A DNA stretch of 63,729 nucleotides, filler included, from Octopus bimaculoides (taxonomy: Eukaryota): NCBI RefSeq assembly GCF_001194135.2. It is 9 parts of 9 records of this genome, joined end to end, with 100 filler letters (N's around TTAATTAATTAA, not from the genome) between each part and the next. Parts side by side here need not be neighbours in the genome. Positions count along the whole stretch, not along the records: positions 17,986 to 35,896 come from NC_068981.1; positions 35,997 to 51,827 come from NC_068982.1; 7 more parts are not named here. One strand, 5' to 3'. Below the pieces are notes generated by a model, which worked only from the letters and a program-made list of their open reading frames with translations, had not been told where the DNA came from and searched no databases. A program made the translations under genes and the position numbers. This document shows, piece after piece, positions 25,701 through 40,209 of the stretch; the stretch's first letter is position 1, and the number at the start of each line of letters is the position of its first letter.

Positions 25701-27870
25701 CCAAAACCCCCAAGGCAACTCTACCAGCATTTTGAAGAAAACGTGATAGAATATTCCCTAAATAAAGGTGCTTTTTTGAGGTGGGGGTGGGAGGAGGAAG
25801 AGCAACAAATAAATGCTTCTGTTCAGTATGGAGACTGTGCAATCCTGAAATTGTTTTACATGATTTCCGTTTGTAACGAGAACTAACCACACAGGATGTA
25901 GTTGAGACAAGTGTCAGAAGTTTGAATTTGAAACAAGACATACTTAAATGTATTATACATACTTAAATGTTAATTACTTGTAGAGACACCATATTTCATT
26001 ATGCAACTATAATATACTACAAAGTATATTAAATGTTTTATAAGAAAATATTGAGTTCTGTTGTGTTAGTAGTGCTATTACATCACTTGTTAAGATTATC
26101 TCTTCAGATTTTCTATAGAAATTATAACCAGCACTGATTTGTTATGATGTTTCGTATCTGAATCAGTAGAGATAACCTTAAAAGGGGGTTTAATAGCACT
26201 GCTAACATGGTAGGACACAGTGTTAACTTATAAAGTCTTTAATATACCATATTATACTCTTTTCACTACACTATCTATAATACATACATAAATGTATTAT
26301 CACTGCACTCAATGATCTGGCTGATCATAGACTCTTCTTCATTGATGGATCAGGAGGACCTGGCAAGACATATTTGTACAATACTCTATGTAATTTGTAC
26401 TATTCCCTAATTGGCTACTTGAAGCAAAATGAACAAAAACTGTTCTCTTTTGTTCAGCCAGAGGAATTGCAGCAGATTTGTTATGCAGGTGAATGGTACA
26501 CAGCAGATTTCAACTTACTGCTTCTATTATTAATACATCAACATCTTACACGACAATTCCATTTTTAAAGCTACTTCTACCTCTTCTTCATCAATGAAGC
26601 ATCAATGCTATCTTCCAATCGGCTCTAAATAATTAATGTGCCTTAAAAGAAGATAATGAGGGACAGCAAGCTATTTAAGCAAACTATTTAAGGCGAAGTT
26701 GTTCTTCTTGAAGAGGATTTCCATCAAGTAGTGAATGCAATTTTAAGAGATTTAAGTGTTGATATAGAATCATGTGTCAGTAGCTTCCATTTTGGAGATA
26801 TGTGCAAAAATGATATCTAATTGGTTAACAGGTGATCAGCAACACAAGATGAATTCTCAGTGTACCTGCTTAAAATTGGCAATAATGGCTTCGAGTAATA
26901 CTGAAATTGCATATGATAAAAAATCATGGAAAGGAAACTTAAGTAGAGAAATATAAGGTGAATTCATCAATGTCACACATTGAAGAAGTAACATATAAAT
27001 TTCAACATAGAAAGTCCTCAAACAACAAAAGCAAAGATGTGCTCATGCTCAGCATTTTATTATAGGATGTATTCTCAGTAATGTGACACCAGACCAAAGT
27101 GTTAATTTGCAATTTAATCAACATCAACATTTAACATCCATTTTACATGTTGGCATGGGTTGGCTGGCTTCACAGGAACTGACAATGCCAGGGGCTGCAC
27201 CACAGGTTTCTACAGCTGGATGTTCTTCCTAACACCAGCCACTTTACAGAGTGTACTGGGTGTTTTTATGTGACAGTGTCACCAGTGCCCTTTATGTGGC
27301 ACCAGCATCAGTGCTTTTTTTATGAGGCACCAGCATCCACACCAGTGCTCTTTATGTGACACCTGAAAAATCAGCAGTAAATTTTCCTGTTGACTTTTTA
27401 TATGTCCAAATTTTACCAAGGATTCCCCCCCTCCCCCATAGACTGAAATTAAACAAAGGTTGCATAATATGGATTCTTTGAAACTTGAATCAAGGATTAG
27501 ACTTTTAAATGATCCTCATCGGATCATCCTGTCTCTGCATGAGATTTGTATTCATACAATTACATTTACAAGAAGACAAATCCAGCCCATACCAATAATT
27601 ATTTTGACTTTAAACACAATTTAACTATTCTGATTGGAAAGAAGAAATTTTCCAGTTATTTCTGCATTTTCAATGATGATAAACAAATTGCAAAACTTTT
27701 AATAAAATAGGTTTCTTCTTATTGTAACCTGTGTTCAGCCATGGCCAATCTTATGTGATTCTGAGTACAATTTGGCTCTACAGATGGAAGGATACAGAAG
27801 TCAAAGACCCTGGAAATCAAATGTCTCAACAAAAAATGCTGTCGTGAAATTTTTGCATTAAATATCTTAT
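22790..27870 (+). mobile_element. Fossil Helitron (Rep plus Pif1 helicase), interrupted by SINEs
   Basis: Ordered degenerate motifs: CHRGKIVLP, YCFHVYG-IYYH, DRLDIVARVFKIK, IKFQKHDYFIPHILI, CSQGFPK..DGYPV, KYIFRYMHK, IDGSGGPGKTYLYNTL (Walker A), INEASM, EDFHQ, FSHGQSYVILS. Confidence 0.85.
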
Positions 27871-29837
27871 AATAAAATTTTGCATTACTTTACTTATTCA
27901 ATAATTAAATGAACCTCATCATTTTTGATAGGTATAACTCAAGCATTTATAATAATCACTTCATGCTTATGTTATGGAGGTTGATTAAAGCACTGAAATG
28001 TAATTCTGATGTATGTAGACAATATACAAAGATTTAGAATTATTGTGTTCACATAATGTAACTGATGTGTTGTATTGAAATATTTAACATTAAAAGTGTT
28101 TAAACGCTTTGTGTTTCCTTGGGCTACTAAAAATATGTATTATCATGTAGATTTTTTTGTGAACATTCCATTGAGATGTGTAAGTGTCAGTATGCTGTGT
28201 TCATATGATCTATTAATATTCATATTTAAAATAAATGTATTCAGAAAATCTATAATGATAGTTATGCATGTGTATTGAAACTTGAGAAGTTTTCCTGAGA
28301 TAGATAACATACAGCTGGTTCAGATGAACTACTGATATGTTTTAATGCTGACCTGATGTGTTTAGGTGATCAAAAATATATTGATGTGGATCTACAATAT
28401 TTAGACAAATAATACTTTGATTCATTGAGGTATTGAAGCAACATTGAGGACATCACTAAAGATTTCCCTTCTTGTGCTGGTAATCCAGCTTTGTAGTGCT
28501 TATTGACACTAGACATTAATTTCACAGGAAAATAAATGGTAAGTTGTGTATTACATTCTATGTTGAGGGTTGTAGCAATGCTGTTGAATTGGCTCCAAAT
28601 AATTAAAATCAGGTTACAGGTTCAATTCTCTAGCAAACAATTCCATTTTCTGGTGTCCACCATAGAGTTTATTTTCTAAAGAGACTCAGGCAGAGATTTG
28701 ATATAGAGCAAAAATATGCAATGAAAGTTTAGACAACCATTATTTCTGTAGCTGTGTTATGACTGACATATTGAATAATCAATAGAAACAGATGTAATAG
28801 AAGTGTCTTCTTCTATAGTCCCGGGCTGAATAAAGCTTTGTGAGTAGATTTGGTAGGCAGAAACTGAAAGAAGCCCACTATATATATGTAAATATGTATA
28901 TATCCATTTATGTGCATCTTTGTGTCTGTATTTGTCCCCCACCATCGCTTGTAACTGGTGTTGGTTTGTTTATGTCTACATAACTTACTTGTTCAGCATA
29001 AGAGATCAATTGTGTCAGGCTTTAAAAAAATAAGTACTAGTGTCAATTTGTCTGACTAAGCCCGTCAAGACAATGCCACAGCATGGCCATAGTCCAATTA
29101 CTAAGCAAGTAAAAGATAAAGTATAGAAGATAAATAGCCAGTTGAGAAGAGAGAATTATCTTCAACAAGATTTATTAATAAACCAAAAATTTTTATATAC
29201 AAGATGTACAATTTGTTGAATTTTTATATGTTCTGTACATGAATTAAGAAATAGTGACATGGACAAAAGATGAGAGCTGAGGAGTCTCACATAAACGTAG
29301 GACATAGCCTCTGGCTGCAACAAAAATAATCTCTAAGACAGAAAGCTAAGGCATGAGAGAGTTACCTTATTAAATGTGTGCTTCACAACACATAGCCTTC
29401 AGTCACAATAAGAAAAATCCCTATAAAGGGATGAACTTCAGGGGTTTTTATATGCTCAGTAAAAAGTTTTGAAATATTCCTTAAGACTTTTAGGCATGAA
29501 TTTAATCTTTTCTTTTGTCTGTCAATGCTTATCAAAAACTGATATCAAAGATAATTGGTTGGAAAAAATGTCCTTAGATGTAATAATAGAGCTTAAAGAT
29601 ATAGCCAAATTAACTCTGATCGACATTAGGAAATATTAATCTCTGGTAATATTAATCACTTGTAGCAATTATCTCTGGTCAACATTATCAAATATGTTAA
29701 TATTAGTCAGCAGAAGCAATTTTCTCTAATCAAACATAATAATATTATTTGCTACAAGCAGTTTTGATTTTAAAACTTAAACATTCCAAGTTCAAATTCA
29801 AAGAAAGCTATCTGTTACACTTCTATCGATGACAAGA

Positions 29838-29963
<126 letters not shown>

Positions 29964-30213
29964 CCTTCCTCTCCTTAATCCTTTAACATTTAAACTGGCC
30001 ATTTCAGGCCCAAACATTCTACCTGTTTTCTGTTCAAACTGGCCAGACCAGACCTCTCACACCTACCCTACAATGTTATTCTCAAAATAAACAATCACAT
30101 CATAAAAATCTCAAAGCTAAAAGGTAACACATATTTCAAAACAATGTGGCTCAGTAAGCATCACCTTTCACAGAGTAATTAGAATGCTAAAAGGTTAACC
30201 CTTTAACCTCAAG

Positions 30214-30592
30214 GTTGTTGTAGGCACTCTGTCGCTTACGATGTCAAGGGTTCCAGTTGATCTGATCAACGGAACAGCCTGTTTGTGAAATTAACGTGCA
30301 AGTGGCTGAGCACTCCACAGACACGTGTACCCTTAACGTAGTTCTCGGGGATATTCAGCGTGACACAGTGTGACAAGTCTGACCCTTTGAATTACAGGCA
30401 CAACAGAAACAGGAAACAGGAAGTAAGAGTGAGAGAAAGTTGTGGTGAAAGAGTACAGCAGAGTTCGCCACCATCCCCTACCGGAGCCTCGTGGAGCTTT
30501 AGGTGTTTTCGCTCAATAAACACTCACAACGCCCGGTCTGGGAATCGAAACCGCGAGTCTGCTGCCCTAACCACTGGGCCATTGCGCCTCCA
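30214..30592 (-). mobile_element. tRNA-derived SINE (family E)
   Basis: Minus-strand head GGCGCAATGG-CCCAGTGGTTAGGGCAGC...GTTTCGATTCCCAGACC; near-identical copy at 52518-52900. Confidence 0.85.
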
Positions 30593-31103
30593 ACCTCAAG
30601 GTAAACAATACTTAACATTCAAATACCAAGTATTGTGGAAGATACTCAACACCCAAGCACCAATCTCAGAATCCCAGTTGTCCCCAACAGCGCAGTTTTT
30701 GGGGTATGCTCTGCCCTCATTTCAATTCCAATTTCTCCAACATCCCTTCATCATCAACAGATTTACTCAAAAAATAACGTTCCATGACAACTGTATTCAT
30801 CATCTTAATCCATTTTGTTCTAAGTCTGTGTTGCTCACCCGCAAGGCACCTGCCTGGTGAAAGTCTGTTACCTGTGTGTTTGTCCTCATTTATGCCGTCG
30901 TTTGTATAAATTCTTTTATCCATTATTCTCATGATCAAGAAAGTGGTGATAAAGTGTCACAACCACCAGTATTTTTATTGAGACATCATCTCTGGAGGGG
31001 TTTGTCTCAAAAGACTCAGAGAGGCCTCACTACCCTTAAAAGTTTAAGTGAGCTATCCTGCACTGGACACCAACCCAATACTCTGAGCTCTGCAGCTGTT
31101 GAA

Positions 31104-31162
<59 letters not shown>

Positions 31163-31299
31163 TATCTATATACATGCACATACCCAGACATACATATGTG
31201 CACACATATATAAACACATTATTATTATTATTATTATTATCATTATTATGGAGCTCCTGGAGTCTTGTATTATTATTATTATTATTATTATTGTTGTTA

Positions 31300-31760
31300 T
31301 TGAGTGAGAGAGCAGTGCATGCCATGAAAGTGACACTGAGGTAAAATATACGAAGCTCAGCATACCCATCATGAATACTCAACTGATAAGGGCACACCAG
31401 GCACATGCATCACAGCCATATGTGCACGACATGGTGATCTCATATCAAGGTAAACAGTGCATGACCTTGCAGGTAGGGCCCAGTTAGAATTTTCTTCAGG
31501 TCGGGTAGCCCAGCCCACTCAAAAGGTCCTTGAATAAGGGTTGTTTAAGGATGTTAAATGAAATGCCCATGTTTCCAGAACTGGATTATTCAAACCCCAA
31601 AGAATCCCTCTCAACACATGGCTATGATGCTCTCCAACTACTTCTGCTCATAATCAGAGATGCACATATCATCAGCCACCAGAGGACATCAAACAACTGA
31701 CAAGAAAATCTGTGGAATTGAGCAGAATATTTGCTGAAGCCCATCTTATAATTATCATAT
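31300..31760 (+). mobile_element. Family C repeat copy
   Basis: Homologous to 7240-7780. Confidence 0.8.
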
Positions 31761-32309
31761 TTTGGCTTTGCTTCAAATTTCACAAGTTGCATCAAGGGCT
31801 CGACCAGAGACACCAAGGGGCAGCAAGATTTTGTATCTAAAGATGGTAACAGGTAAGGTGCCATGCAACTGAAAAAAACTGATGTCTGTGGGGAAAAAAT
31901 ACTGAATGTGTTAGGTTGAATTTACATGAAGAAGAATTTATGTAGAATATGTGAAGTGCCCATAAGTATGACCTTTTGCAATTCAACTATTTCAAGGCTG
32001 CCAGTGATTCAATTTGGTTATTTACTTGCTCCTCTTGTTGTCAGCCATGTGCCACAGTGGCAATGGGAAATGTTGTTGATTTGAGATACCACATTCTTCT
32101 AATTTCAATTTCCAGATCCTTATATTTGCTCAATTTCTCAATTGTTTTCAGAGATGTAATTTGTCAGCTGGGGCTGCACCATATTGACTGAGCTGCCCAG
32201 TTATATCTCAGCAAGTACTCTGTTGATGCCGGTCAGCTGCATCCAGAAATTATGTGGTCAATTGTCTTTTTATATTCTCAGCATATGTGGCCCAATGGGT
32301 TGCTTTCAA

Positions 32310-32812
32310 GTTTCAGAACATAGGTTATTCAGAGTAGATCAGAAGATTTTCTGCAGAGAAATAAATGGAGAGTGTACAGATGAAAAGTTGATACCAGATA
32401 ACACTGAAAGTCAAAGGTTTTGGAGGGACATCTGGAGCAAAGAGAAGGGGTACAAGAAGGATGCTGAATGGTTGCAAGAACTGAAACAAACAGTAGTCAT
32501 TCCAAAACAGGCAGAATTAGTCATTTCAGTCACAAAAGTGAAGGAAATTAGCAAAAAAAATGGGCAACTGGAAGGCCCTGGAACCAGATGGAATTCTAGG
32601 CTACTGGATCAAAAGATTTGGTGAATGTCATGCACGAATAGCTGCACAACTCAACACCTTGTTAAATGCCAACCAAGTAACACCAGAATGGTTGACAATG
32701 GGCAGGACAGTGCTACGCTTGAAAAACAGCGTAAAAGGCAATACAGTAGACAATTACAGGTCAATATCCTACTTGCCACTCATGTGGAAATTATTGACTG
32801 GAATAGTCGCAG

Positions 32813-32815
<3 letters not shown>
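32310..32815 (+). mobile_element. R4/Dong-like LINE, region upstream of and entering the RT domain
   Basis: FWRDIWS, NWKALEPDGILGYWIK, PEWLTMGRTVL, NYRSISYLPLMWKLLTGI, with a frameshift. Confidence 0.8.
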
Positions 32816-32843
<28 letters not shown>

Positions 32844-33039
32844 GAGTTTTTCTTCTTTCATTTTGTTTCCATTTCTTGTTGAGAGCCTTCCCGACACTTA
32901 GGGCAAAGAAACTCACTGTATACATTGGCAGGCCATTAAAATAAACACACCAGATTGTTCATTTACAAAACTCAATAAAGTTATAAAAAATATTTTACAT
33001 AGATGGCAATTCACATAGCTGGTTCTCACAGCAACATTG

Positions 33040-33260
33040 CTCTTCTCAAAAGTGTGAAGTAGCTAATAAAACAGTCTTTTGCACTTCTTGCATAGATAGT
33101 AAGCCAATTATTATGCTCAAATAATTTTCAGTTCCCTTTTTGATCATTCCAAGTGCTCCTACAATCACTGGTACTGTAACCGCCTTGAGATGCCTCATTT
33201 TTTTTTTCAATAAGCAAATCTTTATATTTTCTAAGCTTGTCAAATTCTTTTGTATCATTT
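33040..33260 (-). mobile_element. R4/Dong-like LINE RLE C-terminal fragment
   Basis: TVPVIVGALGMIKKGTENYL...QEVQKTVLL. Confidence 0.75.
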
Positions 33261-34429
33261 CTATGGCATAACATGTGTTCTATGATAAACTGTTATGTAA
33301 ATATAACTTCACATATGTATCACATAATTTTTATTTTGTTTTATGTACCAGATCTTACTACTTTGATACAACTCCTCTGTGCATCATAAAATTCCTTTAT
33401 GTAAAAATAATACCACCTTCTTATGTTGTTTGAGCCTTTCTCATAAAGTAATCATTCTATTTAGACAATCATTTCACTATATCATAATTATATCTTTATC
33501 ATTATTTAATTTCTCGGCACTAAGAAGAAGCCTTCTTCTTGTATATCGCATTAATCCACTGTTGTGAGATTATCCATCACGATTGATAACAATTTCACAG
33601 CTTTGACATAATCAGTGTTTATGGTGCTGGCATAGTTGCATGAAAAGAAAATCACACCACTAGATTTGTTGCAAAGGAAAGGAAAATATTTTCTTTGATT
33701 ATTGTGGCATGTATACATTTCTTAAGGCTCCTATGAGCCTTTATATCAATTTCTGATATAGGCAAAAAGCCATAAATTACAGAGGAGAATGCAATATTTA
33801 GATAAACAACACACTTGGCTAATATTTATGTTATCAATTCCAAAAGGATTTAAATGCAAAGTCAGGCATGCCAAGATTTGAACACAGTGGGTGCAGGTGT
33901 GACTGTGTGGTAAGAAGTTTGCTTTCCATACACATGGTTTCAAGTTCAGTCCCACTGCATGGTACCTTAGGCAAGTGTTTTCTGCTATAGCGCCCAGACC
34001 TACCAAAGCCTTGTCAGAGGATTTGATTGACAGAAACTAAAAGAAGCCTCTCATATATATGTACATGTACAGATGTACGTGTGTGTATGTGCGTGCATGT
34101 GTGTGTGTGTGTGTGTGTGTTACTGTTTCCATGTCTTAACTGCATGTGATAATTGAAGACAAGTGTTACTATCATGCAAGCAGTGTCCTTTTTGTCCAAC
34201 CTTCTATGACATTTGTGATCATGGGGAAATATTACCTTACTTTGAAACAGATGAGGGTTGGCAACAGGAAAGGCATCCAGCAGTAGAAAATCCACCCCAG
34301 CCATCCAACCCATGCAAGCATGGAGAAGTAGACGTTAAAATGAGGATGATGATGAATATAAAGGGATGTAACTAAATACTATAATTTTGTTAGAAGGTCC
34401 AGAGGAAAGAGTAATGCCCATGAGTTTAA

Positions 34430-34950
34430 CCAACCTTCCAAGACCAATGAGATGGGTATCATTAATGGTTTCTCTGAAACTATTGCAAGTTAATGACTGT
34501 AGGACAGACATGTAAAGGGAGGAAATTCCAGAGGGAGATGTTCTGAGGAGGAAAGATTTAAGATTAGATGATCAATGCAAGGCCTAAGAGAGTGTTGGAT
34601 GCAGCATAGGTGATGAGAAGAGGAGAGATGAGTGAGTAGAAATCACTAAACAGAGGATGGCAGGAGACTAGACAGCTATGAAAAGCAGAGGTAAAGCTCT
34701 GCAAAGCAGTAGAAAAGACAGAAAGGGAGAGAGAGGGGGAACTAAAAAAAGATTGCACATTTATAAGCCAGGGACTGAAGCATTGTCCGTGATTAACTTC
34801 ACACCAATCGATCAAGTGTCCTGTCTCTGGATGTGGTTTAGTATATCTGTGTATACAGCAGCTGCAGCAGCAGCAGTAGCAATAGCAATCACACTCTCTC
34901 CAATGTAAGACCAATATTCCATTCCAGGAGAAAGGCATTTTGTCTGGTGT
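34430..34950 (-). mobile_element. Old CR1/Jockey-like LINE 3' fragment
   Basis: SLWNFLPLHVCPTVINLQ resembles the LWNSLP...NLQ.FK terminus of these LINEs. Confidence 0.45.
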
Positions 34951-35561
34951 TCTGATGCCCTATCAATTCTGCCAACTCACTGCTCCTTTCATATTGATTG
35001 ATAAAATGATGCACACGTATCTAGTCCAGAGTCAGGTGATCATTGTTATATCCTTGCTGTTACATGTTATCCATAAGTTAAGTATTTACTCTGAGTTTCC
35101 AAGCTCATATTTTATTAATATAAATATTTAGATATACACTGTATATCTAAATATTTACAGTATATTCACAGTATATTTACAATATATTCTGTAAATATTC
35201 AAAGATTTGCTTTCCTTGGTAACAAATCTACCATTATAATTTTCTATCAGCAAAACTTCACCTTAAAAACTCTTCACAGAAATCTATCAGGAAGCTTTCT
35301 ATAAGGCCAGTTGACCTACTAGAAATAACACCAAAATCATCCACAAATCAGTGTTCTTCCCCTGCTGCCACTTAAATAATGTAAGCAATCTTCTGTATAG
35401 GTGCAGGCATGGCTGTATAGTAAGAAGCTTGCTTCCCAGTTACATGGTTCCAGGTTCAGTCCCACTGCATGGCACCTTCTTGGGCAAGTGTCTTCTACTA
35501 TAGCCTTGGGCCAACCAAAGCCTTGTGAGTGGATTTGGTAGACGGAAACTGAAAGAAATCC

Positions 35562-35604
<43 letters not shown>

Positions 35605-37131
35605 CAATTGAATAATATAAAAATACATATTTCAAACAATGATATAATGTCATTTACCTTTGTTAAATGACTTTATATCATTGTTTGAAAAAAATATGTA
35701 TTTTGTGTGTGTGTGTGTATAAAAAAAACCCACCTTTTTTGTATTTATTTTTACTCGCATATATATATATATTCTATTGTGTATAAGCCAACATGTCTGT
35801 GAAACAACAAACAAAATTAACGGAATCGGAAAAAATTCTGATGGAAATTTCATCCAAACTATCAATCCTCATCACAACGATAGAAACACAATCCTCNNNN
35901 NNNNNNNNNNNNNNNNNNNNNNNNNNNNNNNNNNNNNNNNTTAATTAATTAANNNNNNNNNNNNNNNNNNNNNNNNNNNNNNNNNNNNNNNNNNNNATAT
36001 ATATATATATATATACATACGATGGGATTCTTTCAGTTTCCTTTTTTCTTTATTGCCCACAAGGGGCTAAACATAGAGGGGACAAACAAGGACAGACAAG
36101 GGGATTAAGTCGATTACATCGACCCCCAGTGCATAGCTGGTACTTAATTTATTGACCCCGAAAGGATGAAAGGCAAAGTCGACCTCGGCGGAATTTGAAG
36201 TCAGAACGTAACGGCAGATGAAATACCGCTAAGCATTTCGCCCGGTACACTAACAATTCTTTCAGTTTCCGTCTACCAAATCCATTCACAAGGCTTTAGT
36301 CGGCTCAAGGCTATAGTAGACAACACTTGGCCAAGGGGACTGAATCCAGAGCCATGTGGTTGGTAAGCAAGCTACTTACCACACAGCCACTCCTGAGCCT
36401 ATCACTGCGATAGGATAGAAAATAATAGAAACACAAAATGAAAACTTCAAATAAGACATTGTAGAGATGGCATTTAAATGAGATTTGGTTCAAGATTTGT
36501 TGGTCCCTTTTGCTGACATAAATAATACACTATATTGTTGTATGAGCTCTAATCCTCTTTGACAGTTTAGTTAAATGTGAAACCTTACTTGAATGTATGT
36601 CATCTGAATATAATAAAAATGTTGTGTTACAGTCAGTCAATGGATCAGCTATATTCAAGAGCTGGCTATATATCTATGCATATATATATATATATTTATA
36701 TATATATATATATACGTGTGTGTATATATGTACATATATATATATATAACTACATACATAGATATACACACGTACACATGTACGTATGTATGTATGTATG
36801 CATACATGTATGTAGTGCATATATACACCTATACTCACGCACATATATGACTATATATAACTAAATATATATGTATAGATAGATACTTATCGGCGGGGGG
36901 GGGGTATATGTGTATACTGTATATATACATGCATGTGTATATATATATCATTTAATGTACAAGGTATTAAGATAAGAGCTACTAATAATTTCTTACCATA
37001 AAGACACTGTGATCAGACAGATTTATATAACGTGCCTTGTGTCTCCAAGCAATCTTCAGGCACAGGGAACCCCACTCCCCTCACACACATACATATACAC
37101 ACACATATATACACATGTAAATATCTATAGA

Positions 37132-37162
<31 letters not shown>

Positions 37163-40008
37163 GCAGACATACAGATAGATAGATGTGTGCCTGTATATGT
37201 ATGCACAATGTATATATATATGTGTGCGTGTATGTATGTATGTGTATATATATCTTGTCTGCATGTATATGTACTTATGTGTGTCTATGTATGTATATAT
37301 ATTGTGAATATATATATATGTATATGTATGTTTACATACACATATGTATGTACATGTATGTATGTATATGTATGTATATATAATTCATAGATTCCTCAAT
37401 ATTAAAGTGACATATGTCAATAAACTTGGTTTTCTCTGGAAGTTTCCATTGCTCAAAATGCAATTATCTAAGATGTCTTTAACGTGGCCCTCCTTCTGCA
37501 AAATAGCAATCTTGATTCCTGCTGTGTTATTCTGCCATATCTTAATAGACAAAAGAAAAATGAAGAAAACAAAGGTTTGCCATAGTCTTTTGAAATCAAA
37601 GAATAAAAATATCGAAAGATTTCTCTACCTCACAAGACTACTTTGGTTAGACATTAATCACAGACGCACAGACAGACACTCATACTGAAATACTCACACA
37701 GACATACTCTCACATATTTGCAAGCACACACACAAACACATATACACTCATGCACGCACACATGCACATACACGAGAGCACACATGTACACGCACACACA
37801 CACACACGCACACACGCATACACAGTATTGTTTTAACTTTTCTATTATGGCAGAAAAAAGACACATTTTGTTATCTTCAGATTAAATGCATATCTGTCTG
37901 TTAATGTGTCAGTTTGCATGTATATATACATATATAAATATATGTGTATGTACATGTATATGTATATGTATATATGTGTATGTGTATATGTGTGTGCTAT
38001 AACTGTAAGCAAATGTGTTCCGAAGAACCATGTGTGTGCCACTGCCATTTATTTCCATATATCGAACTATCTCTGTAATCAATAAGAAGGATATCTTCAT
38101 ATTTATAGGCAGGTGTAAAAGTATTTTATTCCTGCAGGAAATAAAATATGTATAGATGTGCGTATAATTTTGTACATTAGTGTGTGCATGCGTGCATGTG
38201 TGTGTGTATTTATATGTGCAACCACGTGCCAATGAAGCATCTTAATCTGGCTCTGAAACACAAGGAAATTACCATTTAGAGAATTGATAATGTTCTTCCA
38301 AAATAACTCAGATACCATGGACCCCTAACTATTTTGCCATCATTGGTTCTTAATGTATTCAGTTTTCTAGAATAGTATAAATAGCCATAAACTTCAGAAT
38401 CTTCTTGTATTTAGTAAATGCTTATTATAAGGAATATATTCTTCCCTTTTATGAGCAATATCTTGATCACAATGGATCGAAAACAAGTGTGAAATTGCAG
38501 AAACAAACATTAGAAACGTAATGACATTTACAATTCTGAATAAAAAAATCAATTCCTTGAAATCAATTGTTTATATTCCTGAAATTAAAATATCTCAATG
38601 AGATTTCTTTCTAAATTTGGTTTGCAGTCATTGCTTTTTGCTGTATGTGTGTGTTTGAATAGGCATTTTATTTTTTGGATATTTTAAATATTGAATTATT
38701 CTAAATAGTTTAATGAAGCATGGCTGTGTGGTTATGAAGTTCACTTTGCAGTCACATGGTCTCAGGTTCAATCCCATTGTACAGCACCTTGGGTGGGTGC
38801 CTTCTACCGTAATAGTGTAAACATACATTGGTAAAAATAATATTCTTTTCTATTCTAGGCACAAGACCTGAACTTTTTGGGGAGGGGACCAGTCGATTAG
38901 ATCAACTCTAGTACACAACTGGTACTTAATTTATCAACCCCGAAAGGATGAAAGGCAAAGTTGATCTCAGCGGAATTTGAACTCAGAACGTAAAGACAGA
39001 CAAAATACCGCTAAGCATTTCGCCCAGCGTGCTAATGTTTTTGCGAGTTTGCCATCTTAAATGAAATAATATTAACTTGTGTTTATCATAATTTCTTCAA
39101 TTCATAGATATATATATTCTTTTATTCTTTCGTTTCAGTCATTTGACTGTGGCCATGATTGAGCACCACCTTTAGTCAAACAAAGCGACCCAAGGACTTA
39201 TTCTTTGTGAGCCTAGTACTTATTCTATCGGTCTCTTTTGCCAAACCACTAAGTTACAGGGATGTAAACACATTAACATCAGTTGTCAAGCGATGGTGGA
39301 AGGACACAAACATGCAAATACATACATACATATATATAATCAAAATAAGCAACAAGGATGTCCAGAGGTACGATCGTTTCATGCAACTCCATTTAATTGA
39401 ACAATGCAATCATTACGTCAATTTAAATGCAGAGCAATCCTCAGCTGCACAAAGACAGAATTTAATTAAATTAGAACTGATGGACACATTAGTATAATTT
39501 TACCTAAAATCTCCAAGAAGTTAAGGAGACAAACAACATACTGTCTTCACTTCAGTATAGAAGTTATATATAGTAAAGAGACATTCATGCATCCACATGT
39601 GTGCACACACACACACACACAAACACATACATGCACAAACACACCTATATACATAAATAAATATGTATATGTATATATATATATATATATATATNNNNNN
39701 NNNNNNNNNNNNNNNNNNNNNNNNNNNNNNNNNNNNNNNNNNNNNNNNNNNNNNNNNNNNNNNNNNNNNNNNNNNNNNNNNNNNNNNNNNNNNNNNNNNN
39801 NNNNNNNNNNNNNNNNNNNNNNNNNNNNNNNNNNNNNNNNNNNNNNNNNNNNNNNNNNNNNNNNNNNNNNNNNNNNNNNNNNNNNNNNNNNNNNNNNNNN
39901 NNNNNNNNNNNNNNNNNNNNNNNNNNNNNNNNNNNNNNNNNNNNNNNNNNNNNNNNNNNNNNNNNNNNNNNNNNNNNNNNNNNNNNNNNNNNNNNNNNNN
40001 NNNNNNNN

Positions 40009-40043
<35 letters not shown>

Positions 40044-40209
40044 TGTATGTATTTATGTATGCACATACATTTATATATATAATGGGCCAAGTCATAAATA
40101 ACTTCCACTTTTTGTAAGTAAATTGTAATGACATATTTCAAACTGCAGATGTTTAAATTTGAAATGGAAACTACTGTTTTTAAAGGAACTTCATTTGTCA
40201 TTCATAATT

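Noticed and set aside
27735-27755. Minus-strand HKIGHG as an MMP zinc motif
   Set aside because: It has no catalytic Glu, is followed by a stop, and is simply the antisense of the Helitron FSHGQ motif.
30717-30938. ORF with GNRLSPGRCLA resembling a P450 heme motif
   Set aside because: It lacks the FxxGxRxC Cys, has no supporting exons, and is more likely decayed TE sequence.
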